From: Asterias rubens | Lineage: Eukaryota | Reading direction: 5' to 3' | Length of the DNA stretch: 64,000 nt | Assembly: GCF_902459465.1 (NCBI RefSeq) | Contig: NC_047066.1 | Span: 1,736,001-1,800,000 of the forward strand | Shown: positions 46,601 to 61,600 of the stretch, one piece after another | Layout of the letters: every line of letters begins with the position of its first letter | How positions within the stretch are numbered: the stretch's first letter is position 1 | Notes under the pieces: model-generated | What the model was told of the DNA's origin: nothing | What the model saw: the letters and a program-made list of their open reading frames with translations, nothing else | Databases searched by the model: none | Position numbers and translations under genes: made by a program

Positions 46601-49600
46601 CTTAATTGTTTTCATTTCAGTTAATCGGAAACAGAGGTCATATCTTATTCTCAGAATTCTTTGTTGATTTGTGACCTTAAAATGTATTTTACTTTCATAC
46701 ATTTCATGGCTACATTTTAGTTTCCCGACAATATTAAATAATTTGTAGGTACCAACCAAGCTCATTTCTTGAATATGGTGATGCTGTAGCCTATTTCCTG
46801 AAACGCTAGGATTAATCCTATCTCGAGTTAGGACGAGTAACTCATCCTAAGTTAGGATGGGTTCAATGCGTCCTAACTCAAAATAATTGTTAGCATAAAA
46901 ACTTACTTGGTAACGAGTAATGGAGAGCTGTTGATAGTATAAAACATTGTGAAAAAACGGCTCCGCTCTGATTTTACGTAGTTTTCGAGAAAGAAGTAAT
47001 TTTTATCAAATTTGATTTTGAGAACTCGGATTTAGAATTTGAGGTCTTGAAATCAAGCATCTGAAATCGCACAACTCCGTGTGACAAGGGTGTTTTTTCT
47101 TTCATTGTTATCTCCCAACTTCTATTGTATAATGTTTTCATTTTGTGTAGACGCCTTGATCAGTTTTCTGGAAAAGTGTGCATNNNNNNNNNNNNNNNNN
47201 NNNNNNNNNNNNNNNNNNNNNNNNNNNNNNNNNNNNNNNNNNNNNNNNNNNNNNNNNNNNNNNNNNNNNNNNNNNNNNNNNNNNNNNNNNNNNNNNNNNN
47301 NNNNNNNNNNNNNNNNNNNNNNNNNNNNNNNNNNNNNNNNNNNNNNNNNNNNNNNNNNNNNNNNNNNNNNNNNNNNNNNNNNNNNNNNNNNNNNNNNNNN
47401 NNNNNNNNNNNNNNNNNNNNNNNNNNNNNNNNNNNNNNNNNNNNNNNNNNNNNNNNNNNNNNNNNNNNNNNNNNNNNNNNNNNNNNNNNNNNNNNNNNNN
47501 NNNNNNNNNNNNNNNNNNNNNNNNNNNNTTTTCACAGGTTTGTGATTTTATGCATATGTTGAGATACACCAAGTGAGAAGACTGTTCTTTGACAATTACC
47601 AATAGTGTCCAGTGTCTTTAACCATTCAAATACCTTTTACTTTTTCTGCAGGGCAAACTGGTGCAGCTATTCGGAAGGCAGTTGGCAATCAAACAAAGAG
47701 TCAAGAACAATGGCTACTACATGGACAATGAGTTAAACCAGTTCCCTAATCTACGACAATGGTTGCATGTTGTAGACATACAAGGAAACGCAGTAGAGGT
47801 AAAGAAAGTTTAACATCAAACCTTCCCCATCGCACCACCTTCATTTCATGTTACTTGACTTTTAAAGTTCAGAAACACAGCACAAAAGAAAGGTAATAAT
47901 TGCAGCAGAATCAGGGAACCGCTACCCCCTTCGATTTTTGCATAATTTAGGTTGAACAAAGACAAAATGTGCCATATTTTTTACCGCAGGAGGGCACTCT
48001 CAATAAGATTTTTTTTTACTTCCAAGGGTACATGTACATGTATACGCAATTCGTCCTGCACAGTTTTAATCGACGTTCTGTTACTTTTGTTGCGCCGTAG
48101 TTTTAAATTATTGTTAGATGTCTGCGGTGGTAATATGTTCCAGTCTGTAATAACTAGTTTCGGTGTGAATGCTTTTGGGGTAGCGCCCCTACCCGGTAAA
48201 AAATACTGTGCATTACACAAGAGACAAAAGATAAAGTCAAGTCGGCGAAAATAAACAACGAATGAGATGATCATTGAAAGTAGTGAAGATCTTCTTATGT
48301 ATGACTGGACGATAATATCTTGTTGCATGGAACCTCACTGCGCATCATCACCTGGACGATTGACACGCTAGTCACTCCATATAAACTAGGACATGCCAAG
48401 AGTTTTGTCGAGTCACTTTGCTAGATGACGCTGTAGATCAGTAAAAATGAATCATATAGTCATGTTTGGATTTGTGCAGGTGTATCTATAATTACCATGT
48501 ACGTCTAGAAGAAGCTCAGACAATACATGGGGGAATACACAAGAAAACTGTTACTAAGGGAAGGTAATTCCATCACACATGTTGGAGGTTTTCCTGGCGC
48601 ACCAAAAAGACATTTAAGAAAGTTTTTTTCTTAGTAGTCAGTTTAAACACTGATTTCTAAAATCAGAATCCTATTCACACACATGGCTTGCTGTACATTG
48701 TCTAGTAGCAACTGCTGTTGTCTAGTGTATGCCACTTTTCAACTTGCCCTTTGGGCTACTAAAAAGGGTTTCTTTTCAGACTTGAGTCNNNNNNNNNNNN
48801 NNNNNNNNNNNNNNNNNNNNNNNNNNNNNNNNNNNNNNNNNNNNNNNNNNNNNNNNNNNNNNNNNNNNNNNNNNNNNNNNNNNNNNNNNNNNNNNNNNNN
48901 NNNNNNNNNNNNNNNNNNNNNNNNNNNNNNNNNNNNNNNNNNNNNNNNNNNNNNNNNNNNNNNNNNNNNNNNNNNTTTAAACATGTTCCCAAATGTCATA
49001 TCCATGTTACAGAGCCAGGGGTCTCCAAATAAGCCGCAGTAACCTGTAAATTTGGCCAGCTACATGTACATGTGTTTTCTCTCCTTGCACCCCTGCCCCT
49101 GCCCCAATTTGACATCCCCAAACATGCCAAACCTTACCTGTCTTGGTCCCCAACCATTATAATTGTAAACAAGCAAAATTTCTGCCAATTTTCCTCTGGT
49201 TGACTTTGACAAAATCTTGTATGCCGTCCTGAAGCTTTTTACATTTAGTTTAAAAAGGAAAGTGATGGATGGGGAATGGTGATGGATATCTAAGATGGCT
49301 TCCTGGAGAGAAATCGTCCGGATCTTTCAAGGAAGAGCATTTATCAAAATGAGTCGAAAGTCATGGAATAACAGACAGTGCAACCTGACTCTGCAAAATT
49401 CAAATCAATGCAATCAGTCAAAGGGTTCTCCCAAGGATTTGTCAAAACTGTGGGTCATTCTAGACCCAATTTTTTAAAGTTTGGCCAAAGGACGCTAGGT
49501 CCTTGCTCTATGATTGAAACAAGATCTTAGAATGCTTTTTATTTGTTTATCTTGGTTTTAAAGACACTGGACACTACTGGTTTGTCGAAGACTAGTCTTC

Positions 49601-52600
49601 ACAGTTGGTGTACTCAACATACATGTAAATGCATAAAATAACAAACCTGTGAAAATTTGAGCTCAATCGGTCGTCGAAGTTGTGATTTATTAATGAAAGA
49701 AAAAACACCCTTGTCGCACCATGGTCACACGAAGTTGTGTGCTTTCAGATGCTTGATTTCGAGACCTCAAATTGTAAATCTGAGGTCTCAAAATCAAATT
49801 CGTGGAAAATTACTTCTTTCTCAAAAACTATGTCACTTCAGAGGGAGCTGTTTCTCACAATGTTTTATATTATAACACCCCTTACAAGTATTCTGTTTGC
49901 TCATTGGCTTAGAGCGCGTCACATGACATGTCTTAGTTTTGCTAGACGACGGCACACGGCGTGCAGTACCCAGACGTCCGTTGCGTGTACGAGGATGATA
50001 AATTAATAGTCTGTTACCAGTTCGGATTGCACGACACTACATGCAGCACAGTAAAAGTTTTTGCAATCTATATTCGCGTCGTCCGTGGATTGTAGCATTC
50101 AGGTCTGTAATTTAGTAATAATAGTACAGTATTTAGAGAAATGTGTGGGGTGTTATAAAACAAATATTGACTGCTTTTTACTCGTGCAATGGTTAAAAAT
50201 ATGGCTCCCTCGGTGATCCCCGTAGCGTTCTATTTTCCCTCGGCTTCGCCTCGGGAAAATAGAATGCTCCGGGGATCACCTCGGGAGTCATAGTTTTAAC
50301 CATAGCACTCGAAGCAGTCAATATTTGTATACTATCAACCTCTTACCAATAGTGTCCACTGCCTTTAAATGCACTAATAAGCATTTTAGAGTATTATAAA
50401 TGGTTTTATCTTGATGATTTTTGTGAAAGTAGTCATCAAAAACCCACAATATAAATATATTATTTATTAATTTTTGTTGCAAAACTGTAAAAATGTTTGC
50501 ATATTGGCACACAATGCGCACGTATCGGCCCAATATGCTAGCCTGTGGCTGGGGAAACCCTGAGTCTGTAGACCGCCCCTACTGCACATGTACTCATTAG
50601 AAGATGGTACTAGAGTTTAAAGGAACATCACAGAAAATTGGTTTTTGCTAAAACAGTTCTTGGCAGTGTAAGCACTTTATGTAATCCATCATCACATGTA
50701 CATAAACTGACACACCTGTAGAAGTTTGAGATAGGTCGGCCATCTGGGTCACGAGAGAATAGTGGAAAAACCGATTTCAAATTTTGACTTGCATTGATGT
50801 CAAAACAAAAATGAATAAAACGCGAAAACGGATTATTTTATTTTTCAATGAATATGACATTTCAGACAGAAATATTTTAAGGGATGTTTTCTACTATCAT
50901 CATTATTAGACAGTGTAAGTTTTATGTAAATCTGTGATCTTCACAATTTTAGTTTTTTTACCAATTTGGACCAATTCTGTAACGTTCCTTTAAACAGCCC
51001 TACATAATGATAGAAAATTAGCAGTGACTTATTTCATGTGAGCAATAGCACAAATTTAATGTGAAATTTCATTGAGGACGTCAGGGACGTACATTTATTT
51101 ACAAGAGCTAATTTTAAAAATAATAAAACAGCTCAAAATAGAGTTGCTATGCATCACTTGATTTCCCTTTCTAAATGTCAACATTTAAAATAAATTGTTA
51201 AAATAACACCCTGTTTTTTGGTCAGATTGTCTGACGTTGTAGATTTATAACAAATTCACCTGGAAATAATTATGTAAAGCTTTCCTTTTTTGCTATCGAC
51301 ACGGACATTATGACTCTCTACGTCACAACAGAGGAGGACCTACGTGCACACATGCATGTAAAGACCCTTTTTAGTTATGCAACTTCAAATTTAGTACCGT
51401 CTTGCACAGAAAATGAGTTCTCCTATTCATCCAATACTAAAAATATCAAGGGATAACAACATGTCATCTGCAGTGCAATGAGAACCCTGGCTAGAAAGCT
51501 AGACTTCCCAATGTCCACTATCACTTCGTCTCAACTGACTAAAGCATTGCAAGTCACAAACCATAAAACAAACTGATTTTTCAGACAAATATTTATATCA
51601 CATCTAAATGTACATACCCTGAGAAATTATATTCTCATTACAATTGCACAAATTATTTGTTTTCACAGAGAGAATGATTCATTAGAGGGAAATCCTGTCT
51701 GTAGAGGGACTTGTAGCCAGTCTATGCCATTCCCAGCACCTGATGACGTACATAGACGCACGTTTGTGGTTTCATGTTTTCTTGCAAGTCGACGGCCGGC
51801 CACGGCCCTCTGTCTAATGTCCTGACCTTTCTATATAATGCTGGTCTCTCTGATTGAATCCTGTTAAGGTCTCTTAGAGTCCTACACGCCTAGTGTGCAT
51901 GGTTTTCACACACCATGGTTAAATACTCATGTGTGTATAAACACACCTACATTAAGGGTTTTCAATCTAGTAGTGAGTTTTCAGGGCTATCCAGCTCTAA
52001 TGCAAAGTAGATTATAAGACATTTTATAGCAATCATGAAATACAAATCATTGCTTCTCAAATGAGTAGAAATCATTATAATCGGGGCTGATTATAATTAT
52101 GGGAATTTTCAGAAAAAAATTGCACAAGTTAATTTTGAATGAAGAAGTTAAATATTTTGACGTAGGTTTTGTGTGCTTAGGAAACAGTCACTTAATTTAA
52201 ATACTACAATCTGTACACTCAATCGGTTAAATAACAATATCAAATTATTATTACCTTCACCATCTATTGGTTCCAATCACTTTGATAATGTGTGTAGTGT
52301 TGTTGGTTGCTTTTTTTTTTGGGGGGGGGGGGGGGGGGGTTATAACAAAAATGAGATGGCCATGCTCATAAGCCACTGAAACGGAAATACAAACCATATG
52401 TTAGTTTTTTTGAAAATTATTAAAAGAAAGATATGTTGTAAATTTCATATACATTGTAGATGATCATGATTATAAGGAAGTACTGGAAATATTTTTTTCT
52501 GCTAAATGTTGACTTGAAATCTACAAAAAAAAAAGTATTTTCAGATGAGACTATGGTCGTATTGTATCGATTTAATAGGAAAACATACATGTAGTGACAA

Positions 52601-55600
52601 CGACCACAAGAAAAATACCAATCATGTATATAAATTCCAGCAGCTGGTTTTATTCCTTCTTCATCCATATACATTGAGGCCAATTTCCACTACATGCTCT
52701 CAATCATGTCCAATTTAAGTAATTCAAAACTTCAGCAGAAGTTGTTTCCCTCCTAGTTCCAATTATTTGAAATGAAACACAGACGTTAATCTAGGGTCAA
52801 CCTGAAAAAAGGGACAGGAAATAACACTTGACGAGCTGCTAAGCAATAGAAGAAATGCCCCAATTAACTCCGGAAAACCTTTGACATGATTGTAAGTTGA
52901 CTGTGTATTCTATTGACGAAGTAAAACACACAGACATTGTAGGTAGCAACTCACTGTCAGGAAATTACAACAGGTCTAGGATAATAATGGCTTCAAGACA
53001 ACCTTGTCTTTCGTTTTCTGGTTTGGGGTTGGGTCAGGTTTTGTTTGCTGTCTTTGAGTATTTTGTTGTCTGTTTCTCTGATTGATTTTGAACATGATTT
53101 GGAATGATGTGTTTATATATAGCCCTTCAGTTTGTTTGAAGAAAATGGCCATCAGAAAATCAATCATATTTTTACAAACTTCTAACTTTCACCAGGCTTA
53201 AGTATTAACCGGATATACATACATTTAACAATTTTATGTATGGAGCTAAATTTGACCCTCATCAATATTTTGTAGACTTGAGCTAAATTGCTCTATACAA
53301 CTGTACGTATGTAGTCTCCTTGCACAGACTTCACGTGCTACTGTCTGCCGCCCTCGTTATTTTAGGAGTTTGCATGTTACAACTATGGTGACCGTGGAAA
53401 TGCCTGCATGACCTAGAAGAAGCACTGCAATGTATAACACACGGTGACATTTACTTCCAAAATGGGACAACTCAGATGATTGTTGTGATTACAAGATTAT
53501 TGCGATGATGATGCGGGGTGAATTGGGTCAATAAATGTGGTCCCAGGTACTTACACATGTAGATTGATTCCAGTACTGACAAATTGATATGATCTCCTGA
53601 TTCAGTCTAGGAAAATATTTGTACTATACACAATGTAAGTTTACCCCCCCCCCCCCCCCCCGGCTTTCTTCTGGCATTCTGGAAGAGTGTATGACACGAT
53701 ACAATCCTCTAGCACGGTGTTTTCCCTGTCGGATGAGGTCAGCAAGATTTGTAAACTTATAAACTACTTAGGCCCAATTACATTAAGCTGTGTTAAACAG
53801 AAGACATGCTTAGCAATTTTTATTTTTTTATTTTGCTAAGCAGAAATGAGTGGGGTACCAGTCGCAGTTCAGTGTTAGTTTAGTGGTTTAAACCCGCCGA
53901 GGCCTGGTTCTTTATAATTTACCTTGACTTCGTCTCGGTAAAATTATCAAGAACCAGGCCTTGTTGGGATTAAACCACTAGTTGAAAACCTCTTCACCAC
54001 ACATTGATTCCCTTATTATATCCATGATTCTTTCTTCCCACAGAAAATGTTGGACAAGTTACAGGACCTATCAGCCCTGTTGGACATGGCGGAACCAGAC
54101 ATCAGGTCGCTGGGCGTCCACTGCGACTGTGATGAGAAGTTAACAAGGAGGCTTCTAGCTTCCAGCAAAAACCTAAAGAAAGCTTTCAAAGGTAAACAAT
54201 AACAATATAACATCAGCGCATTCCACAGGTGTTTCTAAGTGCTTTTTTAACATTGTCTGAAAAGATGTATAGCGCTTTCCACAGGCGTTTCAAAAGGATT
54301 TTAGAAACATTGTCTGAAAAGATGTGTTTTTAACTGAGACTTGAATGAGCTGATCGAAGATGAGTGAGGGATGTGTTCCAGCAAGTTGTTGCAGCTACTG
54401 AGAATGCTCTATTGCCATAGAGGGTGTTCGTGGGAAAGTTGAAGATGAATGTTGGATTTTGATCAAAGGCTCATGAATGAAGTATGCATTAAACGTGGTG
54501 GGAGAGTTGAAGGCTCGGGTTGTTTTGTAAGTTTATGGGAGGTTAGCGATTCAATTGCGCTAATAGTGAGACTGTTGATAAGCCCCAATCAAGTATTAAC
54601 ACCTTTAACCAAGCGTCATAGTGATAGTGCTAGCCCGCTCTTGAAGAAAATACTGGAACATTTCACGGTGCACCAAGGCAATGGCCAAAGGCAGTTGCCT
54701 CTGTTTCCTTCATGAAAGTAGTTAAGCCCGCTGTGAACTGACCTACACAAGTTGGGTGAAATAAACCAATCTTCTTTTTCAACCTAAATTCTAGAAATTT
54801 AGTCCCGGAAGTTAAAACATGAGACAGTCCTTTTAATCAGGGATGTCAATGAAAGAATTTCTCATTAAAGTCAAGTTCCTTCATGATGCAAATTAATATC
54901 CATGGTGTATATCAATCGGGTGTGCTTTTCATGATGAGTTGAGCACTGAGCTAGAATAATTTGCAAGCATGAATGACATTTGTGATGTCACCGGAGCCAC
55001 AAACTGACACACATGATGTAGATACCAGTGAAAGCTGGGTTCTTTTACGTGCATTACACAACACACAGGACCTATAGCTTTATGTCCCATCCGAAGGACC
55101 CAGCAATAATGGTTTTAAAGTGTCTTGCCGTGCTCCAACAGTTACACGGACTGTAGTTATTCCTCTAGTATGACCAGAGCTCCCAACTCTCCATGATTCT
55201 GCAGAAAGTTCCCTGAAAATAAGTAAATCTTTCCATGTTCTGATGAACAAATTTAAAGTCTCCCTGACTTTTTGCTATTAGAATTAGAATTACTTATTCA
55301 GCCAACGTTAAAAAAAAGTTAAAAACCTAAAACATCAGAAATTGTAGTGTACCTCGAGCTCTCTAGATTTAACACAAAATTACATTTAAAAACATTAATA
55401 ATAATAATAGTAATAAACAGTTCTTATATAGCGCATAATACAAAATAAAGTCTCTAAGCGCTTGTGTGATTGAAGAGATGGGTTTACAAAGAAAATACAA
55501 AAATATAAATATATACAAATATACATAGGCTACAAAAAGCAGAAAACAAACTAGTTATCATTAAAAACATGAACAGCATGAGGATAAAAACTATCTGTGA

Positions 55601-58600
55601 ACCGCTTACTACAAAATGCTTAAGACGACGATTAGAAGGGAGGAATTGGAAATAATCAGCTGCTGGGTGAAATTTGTCCTGCATTAAGGACCTAGTGCGT
55701 TTACACATTCTGTCATAATAGATTGATTCCAGTGATGGCAGGCTAGCACCGATAATTCTCTCTGCTGAATGTAAAAGTATCTCGCTGATTGGTGAAAAAA
55801 AAACTCCCTCATTGCAAGCAACAAATGCTGGCTGCTCTATAAGAGTGAGGTGGAGCTTTTTTATCATTGTGGTTTTTTGTGTTTGGCGTGGTGATTCCAA
55901 ACAGTCATTAACAGATTCTTACTTTCTTTCACTCCCCAGTCTTCTCCATGGTCCTCCCTAAAGCATCTCAACTCCAAGGAGGAGGTACCACCAACCTCCA
56001 GGATGTCTCCGACAGGGAACCAGACTCTAGCTCCTACACCTCCAACAGCCCGGAGAGCGTCAGCCCCCAACAAAAACGAACCTCCACCTCGTCCATCGGC
56101 TCAGCATCATCCGAACCTCTTTGTATCCGCGTCCCTATCACGCCCCCGTACAACATAGAAACCTACCAGAGAAACTTATATACAGTCACCCCGCCCCAAA
56201 CGCCAAAACAATGGGGGAAGAACAAAACAAAAGGGACCCCTCCGCCCAATAAGAGAATGATAACGGTCAACTTGGCCCCGCCTGATACTCAACTGAAGAG
56301 GTGTAAATCGACTGAAGCTTCTTTGCCGAATAAGATTGATATTGAAATCGGTGGCTCCTTGTCAAGGTACAGTATGTCAACCAATCAAAGCCATTCAACT
56401 CCAGCGACTTTTTTTAGGGGAATTCGCAAGATAACAAGGCTTGTAACGCAAAATGTGTAATCGAACCAGAACTGTTTTAACAAGACTAGTAAAACCAACA
56501 TGAGAAAATTATACATGTATTTTACCATTTTGCAGTTTTTTTTGTTTTTTTTTCAATTTTACTAGCATAGCAAAATGTTAAAATGCTTACCCGAACTTAC
56601 TTACTTTGTGATGTACACATGTAAGCATTGATTATAGTACAAGAAGTACATTGTGTGTAAAAGCATCAGTAATCCACAACGAGTTTCACGCAAAAGCCAA
56701 AAGTACACACTGTCTTGGAATATTCGTCACAAATTGCTTTAAGGCAACAATTACAGAAAGGACTCAAGAGAGATTCGGACTCATGGCCTTCTACGTACTG
56801 ACATCTCAACCTTACAGCTGCGGAACACCCCAAGAGGGATTCATACCCATGGCTTTCTTAATGACGTCTTAACCTCAACAGCAGAAGAGTTGCCCCCTAA
56901 AGATTGTGAAGGGAAAGTTCCCTTATCAGGCATCGCTGAACATTTATTTATAGGATGGCTGTGGCACAGATTTATTTGTTTCCTGTGGTGATAAGGCTCA
57001 GTACTCACTGACTGCCCACTGCCCCAGGGACAAGGGATACTACGAAACTTCAGAGGGAGTTTGACCTATGACCTTATTAGAAGTGTTATCTGAAAGATTT
57101 ACAGAAATAGACAAACCGACTGATAGATCTATAGATTGTAGTGGAGCAGCTTTTGTGACATCTTATCGTTGAAATGGTTGTGGAAATTATTAACAATTCA
57201 AAGAATAAGCTTCCCATTTGCCAATTTTTATGGGGTTTTTTTTATTCATTGGAATTGAACTTTTGCTTAAATTTTTTTAAGCAAAAGTTCAATTCTTTAA
57301 GTATGTGTCTTTTTCTGGACACAATATCTATTGATTAATTAATTAATTAATTTATTTGTTTGATTGTATATTTATTTTATTTATCATATTTTTTTTTTTT
57401 ATCTGCATACTATCCTTAAAACCCTAAAGGGGTTGAAAAAAAAAACTTTTCTGCAATGGTCAGTTTGCGAGCTATTTATGTAAATTAGTATTGATCACGT
57501 GACATAATCATGACAACCGTCATGATCAAGCGGATCCTCCCGTTGTTTTTAAAATGCAATTTGTCAAAATACGCAAATCGCTCTGTGAGGATGTGATCCT
57601 ACTGAACTCAGTCAAAAGGGACTCAGATTCCATGATCTTATAAAATTGACATCTAAATAGCAGGACCACTGAGCCTACTAAAAAGAAGCGGACAGGTCAA
57701 GTCTCTAGCCATCAATTTCCACAAATATAGTATTGATGCGCTTACACTCCCCCAAGGGTGTTTGTTGTCGCCATGTTTAACAACTGTTCCCGAACTGGAC
57801 GCTTTTTTCCAACCTGTTCGACATCTATTTCAATAACTCTGACCTTTATTGTGTTGGTTATTACAGAATAAAAGGTAGTAAGATTCCTGCGGCACTCAAG
57901 AAACAGAGCTCAGGAGGAAGCTGCGAGGCGAATCTCAATTATTCTCGCCGGTTTTCCGAGGACACAATGGACAGCAGTCGAACATCTCCACAAAAGGGTT
58001 CACCTGGTCGATACAACTCTGTGTGCGCTTTTGAGGGAAAAGCCAGTGAGTTTTGACGCTTAGTATCTTTGCTAGTTTATTTTTATGCTTTGCTGTTTTT
58101 GTTCCTGTTCTGTCATGTCTGTTGCATTGAGATTAAGTGACACGATTTGCAGTTTTACGTTTTAGATTTGTTGGTTGATAATCTATAAAAGGTCAAAGTG
58201 GAGCACTGTCTCCGTTCTGTGATTAATTTCATTTTGCTTCTTTAGATGTTTATGGTCAACCTTTAGTATTGTTGTTTGTTTTCTCTCATTAAATGTTTGG
58301 TTTTGAAAATGGTTTGTTTTAGGCTGGTTGCTGCATTGCTGGTTGCTTCATTATCAATGCAATGGGTATTACGGTTGACAGGGAACCAAACAATAATGGT
58401 GTGGGTCCAGCCGACTGGTTCGGTGTTGAAAAGCATCCCTGTTTAATTTGAAATATTGACCAGTGAAAAAGCTGATGGACTAGTGAAAGGACAAGGTACC
58501 TGGTCCTGCAGGTCAGTCACTGAAAAGGTTAAAGGTAAACCTTGGCTTTACATCTCAACCAACTTGCCTTTCAAGGCACATTTAGTCTCCGTTTGATCTG

Positions 58601-61600
58601 AGCCAAAATAAGACCTGCTACGCTCTCAAATTTACTCATCATAGAAAATATTACACGGTAAAAAGGGTATGAAAAAAACCTGGATCATACTTGATGCGAT
58701 ACAAATGTTGACGTCACAATTTCGCAACAAATAGTTCTAAAGAGTTGAGATGTGCTTAACTCCTGTGAAACATTCGCAGCGAAACCAGGGCTGTGACGTC
58801 AAAATTTGCTTTGCAGGAAGTATGAAAGTGGCTTTAAGGTTAAGGTGTCATCGATGTGATATTAATCTCTTCATGGTACATTAAAGAAGTGGCTGTTCCA
58901 AAAAGAACCCGGGGGTAAAAGCTACATGTAGGTCTTATCGCTTCATTGCATAGCATCTCTCCAGCAGTACTTACTAGCGAAAGAAACAGTCCAGCATTTC
59001 TCTGAGGAATGAACAGTGTATTCTTTTTTGAAACATTGAGACTTATCTTACCCCTTGCCAACTCTTCTTGATTTTTACCGAAAGATCCCTATAAAGCATT
59101 CTTTCCATGTTCCGAAGAACAAAATTTGAAGCTCTCCTTGATTATGGAAACTTTTTCCCTATTATGATAAATGTAGTTTGACCATAGAGTCCTTACTCTA
59201 TGGTTCTACATTATCGTCTTCCTGATTGTACAAAATTGCCCTGATTGCAAGACGAAAATGTTGGTAGCTCTTCATCGGCTTAGCTTCAAATCTTTCACAA
59301 GATAAACAGCTAAAATTATATGAGCTGTTCAGGTTCATTAGTTTTTTACTGTTGCCCTGCTAATGTTTGCCTACATGTGGCTTTTTAGACGCATCAAGCA
59401 TAATGCTGCTTATCGGGGCTCGATGTCATGGCCTTGCCTACCGCTGAATTCTGTTGAACACCAAAATCCATTTTAATAAAGCCATGAACCAGAAAATGTT
59501 GTTCTGCATCCAAATGCACTTGTGTACTTCATCCATGTATCATTACTAATGGAGAGACTTGCGCAAGTCTCATGACTCACAATGACTTTGTGTACATGAA
59601 GTGCCTCATGACTAACATTTAACACATGATTACATCAATGTACTCTATGCATGGGCTGTGGTAAATCACATATCAACTGGTCAAAGTACATTAATATGGG
59701 TGTTTCATAGTTTGAGGGCTTGTGTAGGATATCAGTTGCAGGGATGGTCTCTCTGTAGTGGTATTGCATGCCTTGAAAGGGCACAGCAAAATTCCGCTAG
59801 TAAGCAGCACTTCTGTGAAAGCACAGTGCACCATGGCAATTGCTGTGGGTGCTCTGGGTTATTTCGGGGCCTGGTATTTGAGAGCCTAAGGCCAAATCCA
59901 AATTGGTTGCTACAGCTTTGGCTATGACTGTGGCTAAGGATGTTGCTATGGACATCCTATACTTCAATGCATGATGAGACGGCGACCAAGCCGTAGCTGT
60001 CGCCGCCACCAATTCAGATGCGGCCTCAGCTAGGGTTCAAAGAGGCAACTCTGACCCACATCCACATGATGTGCATGGTTGTCAAAGACGCTTTGCAGAA
60101 ATAAATATGGAAAGAGTCTTGGCAGTCTCAAAGTCAAATCACTTACCTCAAAGTGATCTCCTCAATCTATTCAAAAGAAAGATTTTGAGATAGTACTAAA
60201 AAAAAAAAAAAGCAAGACTTTAAAGATCAAAGATAAACACCAAGTAGAAACACTCCAAGGACCTCATTTCAATTCAGTGCGCTTTGGCAAAATTTCCCAA
60301 ATTTAGGTCCAGAATGTCCCTGTTCTAGGGAGAACCCTTACACACACTGTCCAAACGTTTAACGGTTCTATTTAGTCTGGCTTCCAGTCTCTCCAGGTGA
60401 TAAACACAAAAGGCACTTTTGTGTATCTTTTCAATATCACAGGGAATGAGATACAGGTTTCATTACTTGAAGTAGACACTGACCTTCAACTTATGTTGAG
60501 TTTGTCTCGCAAAGATTTTTTTGTTCTCTTTCTTTTTAACGAAAACCTTGCCCTTTACACACAAAATGCTAGAAACTTATGAAACAATTCCTGGTGTGAG
60601 GAATGCTATTTTTTTTCAAGTTCAGTCAAGAGGGACATTCAATAAAAAAAAAATTTTTTGTTCATATTTTTTTTCACATTTCCTCAACATTTTCTGCATG
60701 GAAATAAACTGTTTAACAAACTGGTACCCAAATATTGAATATTTGAGCACCTAACAATTAGGTACCCAAATATTGGATAAATGTTGGATATTATGAGCTC
60801 ATTAAAGCAAGCTAACTGGTACTTTGAGCTCGTTTCAACACAAACTGGTACCCAAACATTGGATTTTGAGCACATTACAACACACTGTTTCACACACTAT
60901 GGTACTTCAGGTTTTGAGTTTTGCATCTCTTGTCATAGCCCTAAATATATTTATGTTAGACATGTTGCATGTTTAATAACCTTGACTATTTAGCTCTCTT
61001 TTTTTTTAGTTTTATCCGCTGAAATTTGCATGTCATTAGTATAATTTTGTAGTTTCATTTAGATCACCATTATTAGTTTGCTTGACAATCTAGATAAATA
61101 AATTAGTGCTCCAATAACTTCAAAAACATGCTTTTATTAAAATCCAACTCAACTTTAGTTTAAAAACGTGAATACATTTACCAGTTATACATCTCTCCTT
61201 CTAGAATCTCCACCATCATTGGTGAGATCCATTCATAAACAGCACTCCACACCAAATGGAGCCATCCTGACTGCGTATAGCAAATCCGAGACTAATTTAA
61301 AACAAGGTACCAACGACGAATACTCTCTTTTTTTGAGTACAAATTTCTTTTTAGACAAATATCTTCTTTAACTCTTTCATGCGCTGACCAGTTGCTTGAT
61401 ACTGGTTTAAATCTCTTCAGAAAAATAGTTGTAAAACAAGAAATAAAGATCACATGGTCACACAGTTTCAGAATGGGAAAGAGGACTCTAGACGGTGCTA
61501 TTATATGCTCATCTGGAGGTTGCTTTATAAACTTTTCATTTGAACCATATGACGTAGCAACTGTCTCTATATACTGGGGAATTCAAATTTAAGCTGTAAC

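Noticed and set aside
47081-49042. Long ORFs containing X runs
   Set aside because: Artefacts of reading through N gaps.
59658-60050. ORFs 59658-59927 and 59797-60012
   Set aside because: Low-complexity gctatggct/gccgtagct repeat-derived sequence with no coherent exon structure.
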